This document shows, piece by piece, positions 20,474 to 29,270 of a stretch of DNA of 64,000 nucleotides. Both the position numbers and the translations under genes were made by a program. The stretch is taken from positions 480,001-544,000 of the forward strand of contig CM000430.1 in NCBI GenBank assembly GCA_000165345.1, given 5' to 3'. Numbering within the stretch: position 1 is the first letter of the stretch; each line of letters starts with the position of its first letter. The notes below the pieces were generated by a model. It did no database searches, was not told the origin of the DNA, and worked only from the letters and a program-made list of their open reading frames with translations.

Positions 20474-21904
20474 GTGAAAACTAATGAAATATTGTTAGAT
20501 AAAATTGGAAATGAGTTCATTGGAGAAATCGGCATAGATTTGGATATTGAAAAGTCTAAATTCGTTGTTTATCCATTAAAGCATGTAATCTCTCTTAGCG
20601 AACAGGTAACCACTTTAGGGATGCTAATAAGTAACGGAGAGGGTCAAATATTAATAGAAGATCCAACTCATAGAGTTAAAATTGTTACTTCAAGCAAGAC
20701 CTTATTTGGCAAAGGTATTTATTGTTTTAACCATTTCGTTATTGCAAGAGGCAAAATGAATAAAATAACTCAGAGTTTTCATGTGGACCTGATGTTCCAT
20801 CCTCCAATCCAAAATATTGATAAAAATGTAGCAAATGAAATTCTATCCAATTTATTTTCAGGCATAAATTATACTTTATTAAAATCTGAAGATAGAGAAA
20901 AAAATATCAAAAATCAAAGCTTAAACAAAACAAAATTTTTTAGAACTACAAAATATTTGGAAGATTTAAAGATTAAAGTTCAGGTATCGAAAAATGATTA
21001 TTGGGTAATTTTTTCAGATATTATGTTAACAAGCATGAGGGTAATTGAAAATTTACGTAAAGTGTTTTCTGGTTATGAAAAAATGATTAAAGACTCAAAC
21101 ATTAATATAGGATTTATTTTATTAGGCAATTTTATTAATATCGACTTTGATAAGAATGGAGAAGATTGGATGGAAGATAAAACTTGTGTTGAAAATGATC
21201 ATAATTTTAGCAACGTAAATGAAAAAGGAAGATCTAAGAGTCTATCTATTTTTAACTCAAACTCACGTGAAAATCATTTTAAAAATTCTCAAAACAATTT
21301 CAATACAACGAGAAAAGGTTTTGAAGGATTCAAAAATGTTCTGAAAGAATTTCCAGTGTTGCTTTCAAACTGCAATTTCTTCATTATTTCTGGTCCAAAT
21401 GATATTGGGCCCGATTTACTTCCTAAACCCCCCCTTTCTAATTACTATGCATCATACTTATCTAAAGTATTTCCAGATTCGAAAATTCATTTTCTTTCGA
21501 ATCCATCTGTTATCGATGATAGTGATATTAAGATGTTTTGTTCAAGGTATTCTCTAACTAAAGAACTTAAGGAAAAGACTTTATTTTCTTACTGTGGTAC
21601 AAAAGATATGGGTTTCACAACCCAATGGAATATTGAACCTGAAACTTTAGAAAACATTATACCACAAACTGTGTTAGGCCAACAACACTTAACTCCAACA
21701 AGTTCCAATGTCATGCCAAATCTAGATTATTTCTTATTTTTACTACCAACCCCAAAAATATTAATTATTGGCGATTCCAGTCCAAGCTACTCAGTCAAAT
21801 CAATAAACCAAACTTGGATAGTGAATCCAGGGTCTTTTAATAACACATGTTCATGGGTCCAGTATAATGTTTTAACTGATTCAATTGACCATGTATGGTT
21901 GTAA
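20474..21904 (+). CDS. DNA polymerase epsilon subunit B (POLE2/Dpb2 family); main exon, N-terminus probably on an upstream exon
   Basis: OB-fold region (VYPLKHVISLSEQVTTLGMLISNGEGQILIEDPTHRVKI) followed by the inactive phosphoesterase domain (YWVIFSDIML....GFILLGNFI....FIISGPNDIG....NPSVIDDSDIKMFCSRYSL), typical of DNA pol alpha/epsilon B subunits. The frame is open back to 20252 without an ATG. A candidate upstream exon is 20156..20233 (MKDIYLSSVSNSKKNVEYSIGRSQLK), with a GTAAGA donor at 20234 and an in-phase AG acceptor at 20439..20440. Confidence 0.75.
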   Translation: MKTNEILLDKIGNEFIGEIGIDLDIEKSKFVVYPLKHVISLSEQVTTLGMLISNGEGQILIEDPTHRVKIVTSSKTLFGKGIYCFNHFVIARGKMNKITQSFHVDLMFHPPIQNIDKNVANEILSNLFSGINYTLLKSEDREKNIKNQSLNKTKFFRTTKYLEDLKIKVQVSKNDYWVIFSDIMLTSMRVIENLRKVFSGYEKMIKDSNINIGFILLGNFINIDFDKNGEDWMEDKTCVENDHNFSNVNEKGRSKSLSIFNSNSRENHFKNSQNNFNTTRKGFEGFKNVLKEFPVLLSNCNFFIISGPNDIGPDLLPKPPLSNYYASYLSKVFPDSKIHFLSNPSVIDDSDIKMFCSRYSLTKELKEKTLFSYCGTKDMGFTTQWNIEPETLENIIPQTVLGQQHLTPTSSNVMPNLDYFLFLLPTPKILIIGDSSPSYSVKSINQTWIVNPGSFNNTCSWVQYNVLTDSIDHVWL

Positions 21905-21968
21905 TCAATATAATGATTATTGATCTTCAATATTTAAATTATTGAAATTAGTATACTAATCAAGGTAC

Positions 21969-24263
21969 TTATGAATATATTCTTTCATTATTTTCTTGAT
22001 TTTTTTTACGCAAATTAATAATTGAAATTCCTGCATATCTTCCTAAACTCATGATTGTATAGACAGGATTAATTCTTGGCAATATTTTTAAAAGAGACGC
22101 ATCAACAATACCTAAGTTTCTTGTGCCTGATAATAAAAACGATTCATTTTCCACAAGCTCTCCCAATGGAACAGATCCTGACCAATGCCAAATACTTGTT
22201 CCTATATTGTAAGCTAATCTTAAAATTTCGTCTTTATTCGAAAGATCTGGAAGTATTGGAGGGAATGTTGCAATTTTCTCAAATATTATGTTTTTGCTTT
22301 CAAGACAATCCCTTGGGTCAGAAACTCCGTTACATTCATCTGGAAATATTGAATTTTTATAATTGAGTATGATGTTATAAACATTTTCAAGCTCATCCAT
22401 AAAATCTGGAGATAGTGGCTTGTTTATAAATAATCTCTCAGTTCTTGCAGATGCAAGCACGCCAATTATGCCATTCAATACTGTCATAGGGCATGAAGAG
22501 TATCCTCCTTGTTCTGCAATATTTTGAAATCTTCCTGACCTTAGCATCTTTATCACAGAACTAAGTCCAATTATTACGTTTTCTCTATCTTCTTCTTCCG
22601 ATAAATATTTCCCATCTAATTCAAATTTTCCATCACTTTTTACACTTATTCCCCCCCTGCTTTTAGGTTCAGATGTAAAATAAAAAACAGCAGCAGATCT
22701 CCTTAGACATTCTAAAGGATACTGTAAAATCAGACAAATTGGTATTCCTCCACTTAATGGGTAATTTTCTGCGCATTTTTTGAATATTTCAATCACAAAA
22801 TCCGTAACAATATTATTCCTAAGTCTTGGAGGGAAAATAAGTCTTGTAGCATATAATGTGCCTTCCACAGTTCTTCCTCCTCCCAAAGACTCGATATTAA
22901 TAGTACTGCAGCTATATCCGCAATTTCCAGAAGTTTTTGAAAAACTTGACATGATTGGGTTTACGAAAGGGTTAGTAAAAACATCACTTTTGAAAAAAAA
23001 TGGAATTGCAAATAACAATCTATCGACGATATTTGTTCCCAAATTTGGAACTTCTAGCAATGGCATTATATTCATATTTTGTAGAGATTCAAGAGGTCCT
23101 ATCCCGGACTTATAAAGTAATACAGGGGTATGGATTGCCCCTGATGATAGTATTATCATTCCATTGTCATTTAAACAAATTCTTTTGGCAAAGATACTTC
23201 GAATTAAGTCTTTAGAAGGTTTTATACCGTCCTCAATACCAAATTCATTGGCCAGTTTTCCTGCAGTTATATTAAAAAATGGGTATTCAAAGTCAGAATA
23301 TTGATTTTTTAACATAACTCTTTCTAAAATAATACATTTTGCATTTAAAACACTTTTACTAGAAAGTGCCGATTGAAAACCCATTTTATTATAATTAAAT
23401 TTTCCTCCTAAATTTGCATTCCTTAAAAATGGAAAACCTGTGCTTTGAGTTTTGTTTCCTCTAATCTCTCTCTGTCCTTCGATTTGTTCAAACTCTACTT
23501 TTGTTACAAGATGGTTTGTTAAAATATCAACAGGACTTGTTTCAATGACCGTATTATTTTTGGCATTTTGATAATCAGAAAGTAAGATATCTGATGACAT
23601 TCTGAAACCGTGGTCACTTACATTAAATAGATTGTATACTCTCCAAGTTCCGTTTATTCTATTTAAGCTGAATTCTGAGTTCGGGTTTTTTTCTGTCACA
23701 AATCCAATATCTTTAAATGCATTCTCCATAGGTTCAACAATTGGGAGATCCTGATCGCCTTTATTACTAACTCTATTTACAATCCAATCATAACTCTCTT
23801 TCAAAATGGTTTTGTTAAAACTAGCTCCTGAATTTTCTTCTAAAAGTTTGAAATATTCTGGATTTTCTTCCATGATCATTCCCATATTTATTGCTGTCCC
23901 ACCTCCTAATACATTTCCAATATGAGTTCTTATTCCCTGTTTAGTAATAACAAGTTCGCTAACTTTTTTGTCATCCACAACACTTCCCATTCCTTTTATA
24001 TCACGAGTAAGTATTGATTCATCTAGCCTAGCACCTCCTCTTTCTACAAGCAAAACAGAGTATTTCGAGTCAGCAAGAGTTCTAGCTAATGCGCATCCTG
24101 CAGCCCCACCCCCAACTACTATATAATCATAGCTAGATTTAATATTCCTCGATCCAGTTATGATTCTTTTAGGTAAAACGAAAGCTCTCGCACTTATTTT
24201 TTCAAAAATACGAAGCGCATTTAGTGAAAATAATAATAAAGTGAAATATAAAATATTTTTCAT
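21969..24263 (-). CDS. secreted GMC-family oxidoreductase (FAD-dependent; choline dehydrogenase/glucose oxidase-like)
   Basis: 764 aa. N-terminal signal peptide MKNILYFTLLLFSLNALRIF. Rossmann FAD motif YDYIVVGGGAAGCALARTLADS. C-terminal GMC_oxred_C signature HWSGSVPLGE....NLGIVDASLLKILPRINP. The oxidoreductase body is uninterrupted. Confidence 0.85.
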   Translation of the reverse strand: MKNILYFTLLLFSLNALRIFEKISARAFVLPKRIITGSRNIKSSYDYIVVGGGAAGCALARTLADSKYSVLLVERGGARLDESILTRDIKGMGSVVDDKKVSELVITKQGIRTHIGNVLGGGTAINMGMIMEENPEYFKLLEENSGASFNKTILKESYDWIVNRVSNKGDQDLPIVEPMENAFKDIGFVTEKNPNSEFSLNRINGTWRVYNLFNVSDHGFRMSSDILLSDYQNAKNNTVIETSPVDILTNHLVTKVEFEQIEGQREIRGNKTQSTGFPFLRNANLGGKFNYNKMGFQSALSSKSVLNAKCIILERVMLKNQYSDFEYPFFNITAGKLANEFGIEDGIKPSKDLIRSIFAKRICLNDNGMIILSSGAIHTPVLLYKSGIGPLESLQNMNIMPLLEVPNLGTNIVDRLLFAIPFFFKSDVFTNPFVNPIMSSFSKTSGNCGYSCSTINIESLGGGRTVEGTLYATRLIFPPRLRNNIVTDFVIEIFKKCAENYPLSGGIPICLILQYPLECLRRSAAVFYFTSEPKSRGGISVKSDGKFELDGKYLSEEEDRENVIIGLSSVIKMLRSGRFQNIAEQGGYSSCPMTVLNGIIGVLASARTERLFINKPLSPDFMDELENVYNIILNYKNSIFPDECNGVSDPRDCLESKNIIFEKIATFPPILPDLSNKDEILRLAYNIGTSIWHWSGSVPLGELVENESFLLSGTRNLGIVDASLLKILPRINPVYTIMSLGRYAGISIINLRKKNQENNERIYS

Positions 24264-24403
24264 AACTTCGTAAATATTAAAAAATAAATATGCAACGGGG
24301 AAATTAAAAATTTAAATTAATATTAAACAATAATTACTTATACGTATTCATGATTTAGTTATATTCTGAAACGCTAATTTGCGACTATTTTTTTTTTCTT
24401 AAA

Positions 24404-25184
24404 CTATGTTATTGAAATAATAATAAAAGTTAAAGAAAAAAATATGATACTCATTAAAAATAGTATTGTTGTATGAAAAAATGATATATTTGAATTTTTT
24501 ATAAATTTTTTCATATCTTGGATTGATTTTTGCGTTTTTTCTGAATTTACAGCTTGCTCTTTCTCTAAAATAAATAAGACCTAAAAACTATTATTTTTCT
24601 TTTCAAATTTAAGGAGAAAAACTTACTTTTTTTTCACTTCTAAGTAATTCTTGAAATCTGAATGCAGAGCACTTCATTTCTTCAGCTAGTTCAACCAATT
24701 CATCTTTGAATCGCTCATTTATAACTTTTATATCAAGCCTATTATCAATATTTTCTGGTTTCAAATTATTTTTCGAAGTAGGTGGCAATTCTAAACTATG
24801 CTCTGCAAATTTAGTTGAATTACTTTCAAGATATTCATAAATATTTTTGTTTGGCTTCAAATGTGAATATAAATTTTTGATATTTTGGGGTTGATTTTCA
24901 TCTCCTAATAATTCTAGATTTAGCTTATCTTCCAATTTCAATTTTAATATCTCTATTCTTCCAAGGTAATCATCTTGCAGTTCTTTATTGCCGCTAATTT
25001 GGAGCTTGACAGACTCAAGAGAGTGTAATATCTTTTTGTATGCAATAATATTAATTATGCTTTTGTCAAATGTTACAAGCATTTCTGAACAGTTAGTTCC
25101 GAATGCATATTCTAAAAATTTATCTTCTTCAAGTACACATTCAATATTGTATAATAGTACATTAGACCGGTGCATAATATTCAT
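24404..25184 (-). CDS. tail-anchored coiled-coil protein (SNARE-like), 2 exons
   Basis: Exon 1 is 25184..24627. The intron 24626..24581 (46 nt) runs from GTAAGT (directly after ...RSEKK) to TTTTTAG. Exon 2 is 24580..24404 and encodes VLFILEKEQAVNSEKTQKSIQDMKKFIKNSNISFFHTTILFLMSIIFFSLTFIIISIT, a C-terminal TM anchor. Without splicing the ORF ends at ...KKVSFSP and lacks the anchor. Confidence 0.6.
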
Positions 25185-25417
25185 GATATCTCGGTTACAT
25201 AATAGCCATAGTTTATCAATTTATAGAATATTTAGCAAATATTGTTAATAGGAAACATTTATTCATATATCTAATTTAACCGCCCTAATCAATTTATTTA
25301 AAATAATATTCTAATTTCAAGCAAGAAACTCAATTCCACACCTTTTACATAGTAATGAGGGAAAATTGTGTGTTTTAAGGAAAGAATGCAGGCTCAAGCT
25401 ATTACAAATAGATAGTC

Positions 25418-26140
25418 ATGAAAGTTAAATCAACCTTTATTTTGCTAATTTTTACTCTTAATTATCTCACATCTTATTGTTCATTAAGGAATACTAATGG
25501 TGTAAGTACATAAATAAAAAAATTATTAATTATTTGTAACATTTTATTAGAATGGAAACAAATTAGTTGAAATACTTGAACCAAAGGAAATGAACAACGT
25601 AAGAGATAATTTTCAAAAGTCGAATAATAATTTTGAGCTTTTAGGTAACTTCTGCATTGAGAATCTTTCCTTTTGTTTACTATGGATATATTTCAAGGCT
25701 CAGTTTAAGTAATTTAGATAGCAATATAGTGGAAAGAAGGCTAGAAGAATTATATCCTTTTTTGCAGAAAATAGCCTGCACTGCTTTGAATTGTTTAAGT
25801 ATGTTTAACTAAATTTACACAAATAGTAACACTCAATCTCACAGTGATCTTTAATCCTATTCCCGGCTCAGCTATGACAGTTTCCGCTCTTTCATGTAAG
25901 TGGAATAAATAAAGAAAATAATTTATAATTGCTTTAGGGATTCTTTCATTTTCAACATTGAGCAATAGCGTATTACCTTACTTGTTACAATACGCAACGG
26001 GTCTTCCTCAAGCACTTTACTTTTCTTTGCAAATTTCCGAATTTCAGATAATTACTTCACCTGTCAGCCTAGTTAAAGAGGGAGATGTAAGTCGGAACAC
26101 GTCTTTTTTTTTTCGAATCTAGAACAGAGCTAATAATTGA
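25418..26140 (+). CDS. candidate intron-dense small gene (signal peptide protein, 6 exons), provisional model
   Basis: This 1.3-kb stretch has no ORF of 60 aa or more but holds five consecutive canonical short introns, each restoring frame. Exons: 25418..25501 (MKVKSTFILLIFTLNYLTSYCSLRNTNG), 25551..25598, 25645..25798, 25845..25895, 25938..26086, 26123..26140. Introns: 25502..25550, 25599..25644, 25799..25844, 25896..25937, 26087..26122 (36-49 nt; donors GTAAGT/GTAAGA/GTATGT; acceptors YAG preceded by T-rich tracts and TAAC-like branch motifs). An alternative last acceptor at 26145 would extend the protein through 26316. Confidence 0.35.
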
Positions 26141-26526
26141 TGCAGATATTTGGAAAACTAATTTCCCATAGGGATGGAGATAATGCTATACATGATCTAC
26201 TAGTTTCTCCATGTGATGGCGTTTTGCAATATGTTTGGCCAAATGTTTCAACACCTACTGTTGCTTTCATGCTAATTGCAAGGATTCAATGTAATTTGAA
26301 AATACAAGGATAGTGAGGCAGATTGAAATATCTTAATACTAAATAAATTATAATAGTTTGATAATTATCAAACACGCTTTTTCTAAATTGTTCATATTAC
26401 AAGAAAATGACGTCATCATATTTGATTATTAGATCAAAAGGCGGCTTGAATGCACGCAAAATCCCCACTGAGCGTTTTGATGTTTTCTAAATCAAATTTG
26501 TAGAAATTGAGAGAATTTATGTAAAT

Positions 26527-27555
26527 ATGCAGATTAATTACCTAATTTTTTCTGTATTTTCTGCGTTACTTCTTGGGTTAAATAGTCCAGTATACGCAAT
26601 AACTACTGAGTCAAATGAATATGTTGCTAACACCAAAAGCAAATCTAGAAATAGACTTAGAAGATTTTTGGATAGTTTAAATAAAGTGGAACTCAAGCTT
26701 CCCAAGATAACCAGAAAAAATGTGATTAGTGAATATACTGTTGAGGATTTAGTCTCAAAGTTGCGAGAAATAGAGAAAACAAGAAGTAACACAAAAAATC
26801 CATTCAAGAAAATAAGATGTCTCATTCAAGAGTCAAATATTAAGAAAAAAATCAGTTCATTACTTAAAGAAAAGAGTGAAGAAGAAAAGTTCGAAAAGTT
26901 TGAAGAAGAATTTCCAATGGATTATTCTCCAAAGGCATTATCTGAAGAGGGGTCTATATCGCCCTATATCCCAGTAGTTGTTGAAGACTACAAGGACGTA
27001 GAAGTTGCGTCAGGAGCATCTATTAGAAATGAGGGAATTCAAGACGAGATTAAATATCTGACATCGGAGGATACTGATCAATCGACTAGTGGAGAGTTGG
27101 ATGATTTGGCACATCCAATTACATCAGAAACTGGCAATGAAAATGAAGGCACTGAAGATTCCGTTACGGAAGACTTTGAAAAAAAGGAAGTTGTAGAAGA
27201 CAATTTGGAAGACTATCAAGCCAAAGATGTGGATGGTGAAAGCCAGTCAAACGAGAATGGGCAGCAAACAGATTCAGATCTGCAAGAAAACGCAGATAGA
27301 GGAGAAAAAGACAACATTCAAAGCAAGGCAAGATTAGCGAACATTTTTAAAAGAAAAAAGTTAACTGCTTCCGAAAAGCTTGAAAGATTAATGTCACTTA
27401 AAAAAGATATTGAAAGCAGGATTTCTAGTTCTAAGAGTAAACTCCTTAGAAGAGTTTTGGAAATGAAACTTAAAAGAGTGAATCACAAGATTTCTAAAAT
27501 AACAGATGCGGCTGTAGATACAGTTACTGAATCAGGCGAGATTGACATCGAATAG
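26527..27555 (+). CDS. secreted acidic low-complexity protein (signal peptide; contains an SKSR tetrapeptide)
   Basis: 342 aa. Signal peptide MQINYLIFSVFSALLLGLNSPVYA. Mature part is Glu/Asp/Ser/Lys-rich and includes ...NTKSKSRNRLRR.... Reminiscent of Cryptosporidium SKSR-type secretory proteins, but the family assignment is uncertain. Confidence 0.6.
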   Translation: MQINYLIFSVFSALLLGLNSPVYAITTESNEYVANTKSKSRNRLRRFLDSLNKVELKLPKITRKNVISEYTVEDLVSKLREIEKTRSNTKNPFKKIRCLIQESNIKKKISSLLKEKSEEEKFEKFEEEFPMDYSPKALSEEGSISPYIPVVVEDYKDVEVASGASIRNEGIQDEIKYLTSEDTDQSTSGELDDLAHPITSETGNENEGTEDSVTEDFEKKEVVEDNLEDYQAKDVDGESQSNENGQQTDSDLQENADRGEKDNIQSKARLANIFKRKKLTASEKLERLMSLKKDIESRISSSKSKLLRRVLEMKLKRVNHKISKITDAAVDTVTESGEIDIE

Positions 27556-27908
27556 GTCCTATCATACATATACACCGCTATTAACTAAAACTGCACGAGG
27601 AAAGTATACTTTATTACATAAATCAACAGTTATAAAAAAAATAAAATCGATTTAGATCTGATTTGAAAATAACTGCCGACAAGTTAAAAACAGGCTTTTA
27701 AGACCTAAAGGATTTAAGACTAAATGAGACATTTAAATGGCAAGATATTTAGGTAATATGATAGAGAAATACACTGCATTTATTCTGTTCTATAGTAAGA
27801 TTCTGGTATTATTAGATTTAAATCTTGCACCACGTCTTGTCTAAGAGATACCTCTATTTTTTTTTTGTACACAAAATATTAAGAGAATTATTTCTTGATT
27901 TATTCACA

Positions 27909-28412
27909 ATGTTTAAACTATTTAGTTGTTTGTGCTGTCAAAATGTTGACTTGAATGAAGAAAGGTAAGTCATATTTGACAGTTTAGATGAATTTATATC
28001 TTTTTTTACAGAATGGACACAAGATTATTCACAAGGTTTCCTTCAACGTATCATCTTAGGACTCTTTTTGACGAATATGTAAGTTTTCCTATTCAACATT
28101 ATATAAAGTAAGTCTAATTATTGGTAGAGCTTAAATGGATCAGATATTTCTGAAGGAAGCGAAGTTGGAGATAATCATGAGTGTCAAAATGAAGATCGTC
28201 TAGAAATGATTGTTGAAGAAGATAATGAATTTTTAGAAGATGGACTTTATGATAGAAATTCTCTAAATGCGAGTAGGAAGGTCACTGAAAAAAGTGAAGT
28301 TGATGTAATGAACATAAACAGCAATAGAAGTTCATTGAACACAAACTCTGGATCTAATACGAATCGATCAAAGCAATCGAAGAGGAATAAAAGGAGGAGC
28401 TACAGGAAGTGA
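27909..28412 (+). CDS. small protein with N-terminal Cys cluster (MFKLFSCLCC) and basic C-terminal tail, 3 exons
   Basis: Exons 27909..27964, 28012..28078, 28128..28412. Introns 27965..28011 (47 nt, GTAAGT..TTTACAG) and 28079..28127 (49 nt, GTAAGT..TTGGTAG). The unspliced frame hits TAA immediately after exon 1. The splice joins the frame to track ORF 28206..28412. C-terminus SKQSKRNKRRSYRK. Confidence 0.5.
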
Positions 28413-28571
28413 ATATCGCTTATCCAAGAGTATGCTGAAGATTTGCAATAAATAAGCGGTTGGCTAATTGCAATGTAAATTTCTTATTATACAGATTAAC
28501 GCGCTTAGAAAGCTGATAAATGTTGTAAATAGTTAGGTTTGTAAAAATAACTAAAAAATATTGACACTGCA

Positions 28572-28877
28572 ATGAACTCAATAAAGTTATTAGTAGAGTC
28601 ATTCATAAGTTCAGGAGATATCTGTGTTATATCGAAGAGTTATTGCCCATACTGCATAAAAGCAATCAATAGCTTGAAAAGCGCTGGATATTCACCTTTG
28701 GTTATGCAAATCGACGGTAGAGTAGATACTAAAGAAATTCAAGATTACTGTAGGGAGCTAACTGGAAGTGGAACTGTCCCAAGAGTATTTGTTAAGGGAA
28801 GGTTTATAGGAGGATGTGATGATACCCTGAAGCTGTTAGAAGACGGCTCATTGAGTAGTTTTGTTGAAACGATCTAG
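28572..28877 (+). CDS. GRX: glutaredoxin (dithiol, CPYC active site)
   Basis: 101 aa. Active site SYCPYCIKA, GSH-binding TVPRVFVKGRFIGGCDD, Trx-fold length. Confidence 0.9.
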   Translation: MNSIKLLVESFISSGDICVISKSYCPYCIKAINSLKSAGYSPLVMQIDGRVDTKEIQDYCRELTGSGTVPRVFVKGRFIGGCDDTLKLLEDGSLSSFVETI

Positions 28878-29048
28878 GCACCTTAATTTGTTTTTTTCTT
28901 CATACTTGTAACAGTATTTTTGCTCAATTGCGAATTGTGCGTTGTATAGCAAAAATGTCTAATTAATACAAATTTAACTTTTGTTTATTTCTATCCATCC
29001 CACTACCAAGATATTTGCAAGATCAAGGAGCCGCGCATTCACTGTGGG

Positions 29049-29055
29049 GCATGCA
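29049..29055. promoter_or_regulatory. GCATGCA box about 215 bp upstream of the 1869-aa gene
   Basis: GGGGCATGCAATTCGG, in the GC-richer island GGAGCCGCGCATTC. Confidence 0.35.
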
Positions 29056-29270
29056 ATTCGGATATGCTTAATGGCGAATAATTTGAGGATTTCTTTAAGA
29101 CGTATATATTCTTTATTTTTATTACATTGTAAAGGGTGTTATATTTCTCTAAAAACGCACATTAATTACATGCACATTACAAATTAAGTCTGCGAAGCTT
29201 TAATTTTTTGCGATTAAGAAGATCTCCAATTGTGGTCTAACTACAGTAATAAATTTTGCAGATTTAACGA

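Noticed and set aside
12438-28127. Alternative organism hypotheses: budding yeast-like or Pneumocystis-like fungus, microsporidia
   Set aside because: Introns lack the yeast TACTAAC branch site. Most genes, including a 3.9-kb ATPase and 5.6-7.9 kb ORFs, are intron-free, unlike Pneumocystis. MetAP2 retains the poly-Lys N-terminal block and proteins are far larger than in microsporidia. TGCATGCA and E2F-type upstream boxes favour an apicomplexan.
28981-29187. 68-aa ORF in the spacer before the 1869-aa gene
   Set aside because: Non-coding-like composition. The region is better explained as promoter (contains the GCATGCA box).
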